DNA from: a virus
Taxonomy: Duplodnaviria; Heunggongvirae; Uroviricota; Caudoviricetes
Direction: 5' to 3' (one strand)
Virus record (IMG/VR): IMGVR_UViG_3300003691_000003
Location: 1 to 14,096 of that record
Length of the DNA: 14,096 nt
A program made the position numbers and the translations under genes. The notes under the pieces were generated by a model. The model had not been told where the DNA came from. It saw only the letters and a program-made list of their open reading frames with translations, and did not search any database. Positions 7,750 to 14,096 of the stretch are shown piece by piece. The stretch's first letter is position 1, and each line of letters starts with the position of its first letter.

Positions 7750-8466
7750 CTACTTACCGTTAAGCTCTTCTACACTAGGTATTTCTACCGATGTCGTGAA
7801 AGATGTATCTATCAATTTAGTATCATTATTATGGTCGTTTATCTCTTCGAACGTAGTAAAATTAGGTACTACTTCCTTCAACGCTAGCTCTATGTCTCTA
7901 GTAGCAGCAGCTGAATCACTAACCCATGACTTAAGCAACTTGCCTATGTCCATGCTAAGGCGTACCCATTTAACACTTTCCTTACTAGAGGTAGCGGCGT
8001 TATTACTGAATAATGCTTCTTTAGATTTGAATATACAATCATTAAACAAATCTGTTAACCCATCTACTGCTGGTATCGTAACCCGATGTCCTAGCCTCCA
8101 AGCTATAAAACTTATGCCTTGTGACAGAGACCACAATTTCAGTGTTCGTTCTGTTTCGTTAGCTGCCTCATCTATGAGGCTCATCTTACTGAGTCTATCC
8201 CAGTTTTCTAAATTGTAATATATTTTAGCGTAGAGACTTATTATCTCTTTGGGCATTTCCAGTATAGTAGCAATCTCACTATGATCCGAAGTAGCCAATA
8301 GGCACGCTTCTACGTACGACCGTCTGACAGACTGTTGTCGGATAGCAGCGCATGCTTTGTAAGTAATATCGTCATCGTCTTTAATATATTTGTCAGCAAT
8401 TGGGTCTTTACCTAGAGCTTCACTTTTAATAAGACGATAAATCCTATCATGAGTCTGTAACAGCAT
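7750..8466 (-). CDS. Hypothetical protein with a possible helix-turn-helix (238 aa)
   Basis: Long ORF in the co-oriented array. SDHSEIATILEMPKEIISLY has an HTH-like pattern. No KxA tag. Confidence 0.55.
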   Translation of the reverse strand: MLLQTHDRIYRLIKSEALGKDPIADKYIKDDDDITYKACAAIRQQSVRRSYVEACLLATSDHSEIATILEMPKEIISLYAKIYYNLENWDRLSKMSLIDEAANETERTLKLWSLSQGISFIAWRLGHRVTIPAVDGLTDLFNDCIFKSKEALFSNNAATSSKESVKWVRLSMDIGKLLKSWVSDSAAATRDIELALKEVVPNFTTFEEINDHNNDTKLIDTSFTTSVEIPSVEELNGK

Positions 8467-10321
8467 TGTTTGATAGTCTCTCCAATTTTAGGTGGTTATC
8501 ACCTAAAGTTTTATAGGTATTCCTAAGAGATGTTAACAAGTCAGTTAATCCTTCAGAATCTAACGTCTTAGATAAGTCGTCAGCTTTCATCCTGGAAAGC
8601 AAAATTATACGTCCTATCTTATCCATAGCTTCTTTTATCTCAGGAAGATAAGAACTAATAGTATCGTGTAAGCTTGGATCTTGCAATAGCTCAGATATAA
8701 GAGTTGCGTCTACTACCTGCTTATCGCCAGTCTTAGTAGCTTGACGTAGGCTAGTCATAGACTTACCCATGGCTCTTTGTTCAGCCGTTCCTGATATGGT
8801 TAAATTAGGGTCTGCTTTCTCTCCGTATTCAGGCATTTCTGCAGGTACAGTACCTGATCCGTACGAAGCAGTCTTTGACATAAGTATCTTGACTGACCCA
8901 GACTCTTCAGCTTTCTTCATAAAATCTTCAGCTGCATTTGGAAGTATTTTCTTACGTACAACTAGATGACGGACCATATCTGGCTTACTGCCTACTACCT
9001 TACCATCAGAAGAATAAGTACCGTTATCATGGCCTATAGTCATCGTGGCTTCTAGCAATCTAGCAGATTCGTACTCACGTCTAGTACACGCAGCATTAAT
9101 ATTAGTTTCTAACTCATCAGGTATACGTCTCGTACTGACAGGTATGACTATGCATTTAGGGTTCAAGTGATATTCTTCACTCTCTATTCTAGACTTGCCT
9201 TCATACTTGCTGAATACTCTGAGTACTCTAGGAGAAGATCTCGTATCGGATCTGGCTCGTATGCACAGTCCAGAATCAGAAGATGTGACTTGAGATATAT
9301 AGAAAATTCCTATGAGGCATGAACCGTCGAATATGGCGACCTTAGAATTCTCTTCTATGTTTAGAATACTATCGCTACCTTTATACTCTAGTATATCCTT
9401 CATTATATCTCTATAGTTAAGTTCTCTATTAGAGATGACTGCTTTATCACAGTTGCAGTATGAGCCATCATTGAACATTATGTAGTTAGAATCACTTCGT
9501 CTTTCTAGTTGCAGGGTATCTGCTCTAGGTGGGCAAATGGCCTGACGTGTACTTCCATTTTTAAAAATAACTTCGTAAGCTCTGCCTTCTTCTGCTGCTC
9601 CAATGCACGTAAACTCATTAGTGTACGAGCTAGGAGAAGATGCGATAGCAACACGGGAATGCTTGGGGGTACCATTTATAGAGTAACCCTTGTTGAGAAT
9701 GTCCTGTATCTGCTCGTCAGGTAATCCTCGCCCACCGGTGATTATATTAATACCGGAAGTCGTAGCTGGGACAATAGGGGTATCAGAAGCTTTCTTCTGA
9801 AGAGGCTCAAGTATATTCCTTAAGCCGTACATCTTATTTAGGGTGTTAGCAAGATCTACGTCTTCAGCTATTTTCTCTAGGAGATAAGCTTTCATTTCAG
9901 GAGGCGTTGATTCTAGAAACTCTGGAAGTCTCCCTGAAGATGCATACACGAATTTACCTGTTCTAGGCGGTTCTACTAATTCTCTTACTGAAGGATTTTT
10001 ATTCACAGTTTTAGGTATCTTTATTTTTCTACCTAGATCTAGTTTCTGTACGTTCAGAATAGTATCTACGGTATTACGGGTTAAAGGAAGAAACTTTCTG
10101 TCTTCCGCATCGAACATGGTGTCTATTGGATATATAGTTCCTGATCTGGATATAACAGGTATATAGAAATACCTACCTCCGGATCTAACTATGAACACTC
10201 CCATGTCTATAGAAGACTCAGAATCAAGTTCTCCCTTCATATCTCTGAATGAAAGTACAAGCTTTCCTAGATCGGGATATGTCGTCATCAGCTTATTTGA
10301 AGCAGATTCAGAAAAATTCAT
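8447..10321 (-). CDS. Large hypothetical head-associated protein (624 aa)
   Basis: First gene after an AT-rich intergenic region, AGGAAGG RBS. Beta-rich N-terminal part, helical C-terminus, four motif copies (LEKIA, LQKKA, FMKKA, MSKTA). Confidence 0.65.
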   Translation of the reverse strand: MNFSESASNKLMTTYPDLGKLVLSFRDMKGELDSESSIDMGVFIVRSGGRYFYIPVISRSGTIYPIDTMFDAEDRKFLPLTRNTVDTILNVQKLDLGRKIKIPKTVNKNPSVRELVEPPRTGKFVYASSGRLPEFLESTPPEMKAYLLEKIAEDVDLANTLNKMYGLRNILEPLQKKASDTPIVPATTSGINIITGGRGLPDEQIQDILNKGYSINGTPKHSRVAIASSPSSYTNEFTCIGAAEEGRAYEVIFKNGSTRQAICPPRADTLQLERRSDSNYIMFNDGSYCNCDKAVISNRELNYRDIMKDILEYKGSDSILNIEENSKVAIFDGSCLIGIFYISQVTSSDSGLCIRARSDTRSSPRVLRVFSKYEGKSRIESEEYHLNPKCIVIPVSTRRIPDELETNINAACTRREYESARLLEATMTIGHDNGTYSSDGKVVGSKPDMVRHLVVRKKILPNAAEDFMKKAEESGSVKILMSKTASYGSGTVPAEMPEYGEKADPNLTISGTAEQRAMGKSMTSLRQATKTGDKQVVDATLISELLQDPSLHDTISSYLPEIKEAMDKIGRIILLSRMKADDLSKTLDSEGLTDLLTSLRNTYKTLGDNHLKLERLSNNAVTDS

Positions 10322-10383
10322 ATGATAGCCTTCCTATAAAATTAATATAATTAGTTGTAACAGTGCTATTTTAGCTTTTTACA

Positions 10384-10414
10384 TATTTTAAACGTTATTG
10401 TATACGCTAGTCAA
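10384..10414 (-). promoter_or_regulatory. Candidate sigma70-like promoter for the head module
   Basis: Minus strand TTGACT-N18-TAAAAT in the 108-bp gap between the RNAP gene and the 624-aa gene. Confidence 0.45.
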
Positions 10415-10429
10415 CTCTTGTTAAGTACC

Positions 10430-12271
10430 TTAGTACTTGCCTCTAGATCCATCGCCAAATTCTGTACCCACTATGTAGGGGGTTATAGGGTCTGTAGATT
10501 TAGTATCCGATTTTAATCCCAAGGCTGAAGCTTCCTGTATGGTAGACGACAAATGGGTGAAGGCCAATCTAGACAGCCAGTTAGAATCGGAGTTCTTAGA
10601 GGTTAGAAGACCAGGTACTATGGGCGTCAAGGATAAACCCATATTACTGATTTTTACTTTTCTTATACCATTTGATCTCAAGTAGTCTATATGATTAGCG
10701 TCCAGTATAGTCCCGGGGGTAAGCTCCAGAGAAGAATGGGCTAGTGTCTTTCCCCTAGCTGAACTAAGAGGTATTTCTTGCATATCTTTCTTCAATGTAG
10801 GTTCTATTTCATTTATAGACACTCTTTGACCAGGCATGAAACCAGTTGTTCCAGGGTTCTTTATGTCTACCCATTTTATTAGGTTTTTAGAGACTAAGTC
10901 AAAATGTCTTGGATCTAGGTTGTGGCCATCATCTTCATATATCTTTCTAAGGGCAGTAGCCATATGCTTACGACCTGTACCGAGCCCTCTTAGGTTAACC
11001 AATTGTCTGGGGTTTACCATGCCAGTTGACAGAGGATCTCCCTGTTTAACTGCTTGTCTCTTCTTTACTAGGACATTCTGATCTCTAGGAATGAAATGGT
11101 CTACTCCACTAACTGTTACCGTATGGTCGCCCAATGATGAAGTATCTATTTTATCTATTTTCCCGTTTACAGTTGATATGGTAGATTCGTCTATGAACTT
11201 GTTAGGATTCTTAAGTAAGTTGTCGGCTTCATCGAACGCTGATCGGGCTTTACCTGCAACCCCGCCTGTATGTTTAGTAGACAATACCGCCTGAGTTAGT
11301 ACTTCAGATATAGACTGTGCCGCAACAACGCCTATATTAGACCCTATCTCTGGAAGTATACCATCTGATGATATGCCATAACATTTCTGACATACTCCAT
11401 CCTTAGCTTCGCAAGTTAGGGTGCTTCGAATTTTTATATTAACCTTCTTAGTCTTAGACAGTCTCTTGTAGTAAGCTTCGTCTATATACCTATTTGTACC
11501 AGCCGTATACCTGCCTACTAGAGCTCTGCCATCTTTAACGGACATCATAGTTCCATTAGTGGTGTTGCAATCAGGTATAGTAACGACCTCATGATATAGG
11601 TTTGGGGTTAGTTTTTTAAATATGGCACCAGGAAGGGATGTAGATAATTGAGTCTTTACCGTGCTACTTCTTCCTCCATATGACATTGCTAGATGCTCAG
11701 CAGGAGTAAGCCCCTCTGCAAATGAACTTTTAATAGCAACTGGTATAGGTGCACCTTTGATGTCTATTGCCATCAACGGGGATGATGTACCTTGCTGTAA
11801 CTGAGTTGCGTTACCACGTGCCCCAGTAAGGGCCATCTTAGCTGCCGTGGAACCCTTGCCTAGCAAATAGTTTAGGTTTTGATCACGTACGGCTGGAGTA
11901 GCTTTAGCGGATAACTCGTGTAACGCCTTATCTTGTTCTTGCTTAGTTTTACTACTAGAGGTAATCTTGTCTACTTTGCTTGAAAATTCTTTAAGCAATA
12001 CGTCACGTTCGGATGACTCATTTAGATAATCCGACAAAGGTGTTGAGTACCCATGCTCCGTTGCCGTATTAAAAAATAGGCTAGATATATCGCTTATAGT
12101 ATTGTGAGCGTTGCTACCACCATTCTTTATTATATTAACCATTAGCGTGTTAACTCCTTTTTTATCTAGAACACGAGTTTCATCGTATTCCTTCTTAGCC
12201 TTTGGAGATAGCAATGATTTTATTAGTAATGATCCTGGAGTTGTTACGTTATTATCTGGCATATTCAACAC
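10430..12271 (-). CDS. rpoC: DNA-directed RNA polymerase beta-prime subunit, C-terminal half (split, phage-encoded)
   Basis: Recognisable motifs in order: TTPG, GARGNATQLQQ, bridge helix GLTPAEH...GRSSTVKTQLSTSLPG, DC, Zn site RSTLTC...GVCQKCYG, trigger loop GVVAAQSISEVLTQAVLSTKHTGG, then GDPLSTGMVNP and RHFDLV. No NADFDGD. Start is GTG 12271 or ATG 12262. Confidence 0.93.
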   Translation of the reverse strand: MLNMPDNNVTTPGSLLIKSLLSPKAKKEYDETRVLDKKGVNTLMVNIIKNGGSNAHNTISDISSLFFNTATEHGYSTPLSDYLNESSERDVLLKEFSSKVDKITSSSKTKQEQDKALHELSAKATPAVRDQNLNYLLGKGSTAAKMALTGARGNATQLQQGTSSPLMAIDIKGAPIPVAIKSSFAEGLTPAEHLAMSYGGRSSTVKTQLSTSLPGAIFKKLTPNLYHEVVTIPDCNTTNGTMMSVKDGRALVGRYTAGTNRYIDEAYYKRLSKTKKVNIKIRSTLTCEAKDGVCQKCYGISSDGILPEIGSNIGVVAAQSISEVLTQAVLSTKHTGGVAGKARSAFDEADNLLKNPNKFIDESTISTVNGKIDKIDTSSLGDHTVTVSGVDHFIPRDQNVLVKKRQAVKQGDPLSTGMVNPRQLVNLRGLGTGRKHMATALRKIYEDDGHNLDPRHFDLVSKNLIKWVDIKNPGTTGFMPGQRVSINEIEPTLKKDMQEIPLSSARGKTLAHSSLELTPGTILDANHIDYLRSNGIRKVKISNMGLSLTPIVPGLLTSKNSDSNWLSRLAFTHLSSTIQEASALGLKSDTKSTDPITPYIVGTEFGDGSRGKY

Positions 12272-12314
12272 TGAGTAATGTAATTTGTATACTTGATTTT
12301 AGCGTATTTAGTAT

Positions 12315-12342
12315 TTGAAGTATACCGTAGTTTATGTATAAT
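12315..12342 (+). promoter_or_regulatory. Candidate sigma70-like promoter for the plus-strand gene
   Basis: TTGAAG-N16-TATAAT, 12 nt before ATG 12355. Confidence 0.55.
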
Positions 12343-12354
12343 CGAAGTTACTAA

Positions 12355-12789
12355 ATGAGGATTATTATGATTGATACATATTACGATACTATAACTATGG
12401 TGCTTATGCTAATTGGCGTAGTGCACTCCGTACAAAATATTATACTCGTAGTACATACCTACACCTGGTACAAGCTACGTGTAAACGGATTTTCCTATAA
12501 CTACATGGATGAAGTTAGGTACAGACGAAAGGTGGCTATGGCTACATTTTCTCAGGTAAGGGAAAATTGGTTCGACTGTACATCTTCTGAGAAGCTTGGA
12601 ATATTCTCCAGATCAGTGCGGTGGCCTTTATCTAAAATGATAGTATATTGCTTTGTGTATTTCTTATTCGACCTACATGTATTCTGGGTACTCAATTTAG
12701 TAGGGTCGTTATGTGTATACGGACTAATATGGGACGTTCTTCACTTGTGTACAGACACTAATAAAAGATGGATAAGTGCAATAAAGTAA
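12355..12789 (+). CDS. Small membrane protein of unknown function (start probably 12367)
   Basis: Two to three hydrophobic segments (TITMVLMLIGVVHSV; MIVYCFVYFLF; VFWVLNLVGSLCVYGLIW). GAGGA at 12357-12361 precedes ATG 12367. No competing minus-strand gene. Confidence 0.65.
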   Translation: MRIIMIDTYYDTITMVLMLIGVVHSVQNIILVVHTYTWYKLRVNGFSYNYMDEVRYRRKVAMATFSQVRENWFDCTSSEKLGIFSRSVRWPLSKMIVYCFVYFLFDLHVFWVLNLVGSLCVYGLIWDVLHLCTDTNKRWISAIK

Positions 12790-12876
12790 TATGTTTTTGG
12801 TATAAGTTATATAGAAGCAAGCTACGTCATTAGTTATGTAAAATATATAAATCCCGTTTTATGAGGATTTCACGTG

Positions 12877-12957
12877 ATGGCCAATGTACCTGTACTCTGC
12901 TCCGACGTAAAGAAATTTGTCGTTAATTTAGTTATAACTTTAAGGCATGGAAGATGA
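12877..12957 (+). CDS. Possible 26-aa peptide MANVPVLCSDVKKFVVNLVITLRHGR
   Basis: GAGGA upstream, and an ATGA overlap with the next small ORF. Hand-translated and very short. Confidence 0.3.
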   Translation: MANVPVLCSDVKKFVVNLVITLRHGR

Positions 12958-13055
12958 TTTATTATAACTCGAAAGTTTTACCACTACTGCAAACTGTTTT
13001 ATTAGTATTTGTTAGCGCAAGAAATGAAACTGTACTTTACGTTCTAAGTGTATAG
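12954..13055 (+). CDS. Possible 33-aa hydrophobic peptide MIYYNSKVLPLLQTVLLVFVSARNETVLYVLSV
   Basis: ATGA coupling to the preceding ORF. Hand-translated and could be chance. Confidence 0.25.
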   Translation: MIYYNSKVLPLLQTVLLVFVSARNETVLYVLSV

Positions 13056-13100
13056 ATACAATAACTTCTTATATTGGCTCCCTTTGGGGGCTAGATATTT

Positions 13101-13361
13101 TTAGCTAGAAACCTCTACTAGCGTGTCTATAGAGGTTATTACTGCTCCACACCCGCATAGGTGTCCAGATAACGCCACAGGTTTGCCTTCATCAGTGTAT
13201 ATAGATGATCCGCTAACTATGGTAGTAGCTCCATGAACAGAGCAGACCGCCTTATCCCCTACCCTACATACTGGTAACCCTAGCGAAGTGGTTATAGCGG
13301 ATCCTTCTACTACGGCTCCACCGTGGCTAAGTATAGACCCTATCACTACGACTTTAGGCAT
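13101..13361 (-). CDS. PAAR-domain protein (baseplate spike tip)
   Basis: SHGG, PVCRVGD, CSVHG, PVALSGH, CGCGA: the PAAR repeat pattern with Zn-binding His/Cys. 86 aa, no extension. Confidence 0.93.
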   Translation of the reverse strand: MPKVVVIGSILSHGGAVVEGSAITTSLGLPVCRVGDKAVCSVHGATTIVSGSSIYTDEGKPVALSGHLCGCGAVITSIDTLVEVSS

Positions 13362-14091
13362 TTTTTTTAGCCACAGTATCTAGCAGACGTTCTTTGGTTA
13401 TGCAGTACTCCATTGGGGTACCATGTTTCTCCATTGTAGCTTTCTTAGTGAGTCTCATTTTCAATGCAAGAGCCGCTAACCCTAATGCAGGTATTGCAGC
13501 TCCTTTTAAGTAACTAAGTCTACTAGTTCTCCCGACTTCCCTTTCAAATTGTTCTCCTGCATACTCTCCTAAAGAATCAGTAACTATATCCTTACCTAGC
13601 GAGTTTGCTTTAAATTCTTGTACAAGAGTTGGAGCTGACATAGCTAGAGGTGCCAGAGGAGCAAATTTAGAGTACTTACCTTTGGATGCTATGTATAGAG
13701 CAGGTGCCAACAAGCTCCCTGTTAAAGCCATCGGTGTTCTATGGCTAGATGCGTGTAGCCTTCTAGCAAATCTTTTTAAGTCTGGATTATCCTTGTAATC
13801 CATAGCGTGTCCTATCTCATGGGCAAGTATATTATGGTTATCGCTGCCTCCTCCAGATATTATAGAGGTGTCGCTGCCTATGGAGTTTTTATGAGTAAAA
13901 AAAGGACCATTGCTAGTAATGTTATCTACGATACTTTCAACTTTATGTTGAGACTCTTCCGGGAGAATAGAGGATATAGATCTGCTTATAGAATGCCTAT
14001 CCTCTCCGGTGTGTACGAATCTAGTATCTAACTCTTTCTCAGCCATAAGCCTAGATAGCTCATCTAGTGGTATAGATCCTTTACTTTTCAT
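13354..14091 (-). CDS. Zinc metallopeptidase (HExxH, YugP/Zn_peptidase_2-like), membrane-associated; N-terminus may extend beyond the window
   Basis: ILAHEIGHAMD, downstream third-ligand candidate TLVQEFKAN, LSYL helix and hydrophobic segments. The frame stays open upstream of ATG 14091 to the window edge. Confidence 0.75.
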   Translation of the reverse strand: MKSKGSIPLDELSRLMAEKELDTRFVHTGEDRHSISRSISSILPEESQHKVESIVDNITSNGPFFTHKNSIGSDTSIISGGGSDNHNILAHEIGHAMDYKDNPDLKRFARRLHASSHRTPMALTGSLLAPALYIASKGKYSKFAPLAPLAMSAPTLVQEFKANSLGKDIVTDSLGEYAGEQFEREVGRTSRLSYLKGAAIPALGLAALALKMRLTKKATMEKHGTPMEYCITKERLLDTVAKKNA

Positions 14092-14096
14092 GGCAG

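Larger units (their letters stand above)
1..14096 (-). mobile_element. Tailed bacteriophage genome segment (head morphogenesis module, phage RNAP subunit, PAAR)
   Basis: Protease-scaffold-decoration-capsid gene order, PAAR gene, divergent split beta-prime gene, dense co-oriented genes with overlapping start/stop codons, and no host housekeeping synteny. Confidence 0.9.

Noticed and set aside
10430-12271. Host chromosomal rpoC, rpoC pseudogene or cyanobacterial rpoC2
   Set aside because: Intact 613-aa frame with its own upstream region, no rpoB/rpoC1/rpsL synteny, strong divergence at normally invariant sites, and no large SI3 insertion.
13075-13100. Terminator between the plus-strand islet and PAAR (GGCTCCC-TTT-GGGGGC)
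   Set aside because: Plausible position, but the stem is short with a G-U pair and there is no adjacent U-tract. Too weak to call.
13101-13361. T6SS or extracellular contractile injection system
   Set aside because: No VgrG, Hcp, sheath or Tss genes in the window. PAAR proteins also cap phage spikes (T4 gp5.4).
469-14031. Plus-strand ORFs in the track that overlap minus-strand genes (e.g. 469-831, 3825-4136, 7796-8218, 13807-14031)
   Set aside because: Antisense shadows of well-supported genes, Ser/Leu-rich and without recognisable motifs.
1-14096. Stop-codon reassignment, inteins, introns, tRNAs
   Set aside because: TAA, TAG and TGA all end genes at tight junctions under code 11. No splice-junction motifs, homing endonucleases or cloverleafs were seen.

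Overview
Part of a tailed bacteriophage genome, probably a large lytic one, with AT-rich DNA and the standard genetic code. Almost all genes lie on the minus strand. In transcription order (right to left) they are: a HExxH zinc metallopeptidase, a PAAR spike-tip protein, a short opposite-strand islet, a stand-alone C-terminal half of a multi-subunit RNA polymerase beta-prime subunit, and a head module. The head module has five uncharacterised genes, an HK97/assemblin-type prohead protease, scaffold-like proteins, a probable decoration protein and the major capsid protein, followed by a terminator and four small proteins. The strongest unexplained signal is a hydrophobic-x-K-x-A motif. A hand count gives about 36 copies in 12 proteins and none in the RNAP, PAAR, 238-aa or plus-strand genes. 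It probably marks prohead protease cleavage or capsid targeting. Many of the tagged proteins are Lys-rich and carry glycine-zipper hydrophobic segments, which suggests a protease-matured, membrane-active internal head cargo. All assignments come from motif recognition by eye; no database search was run.
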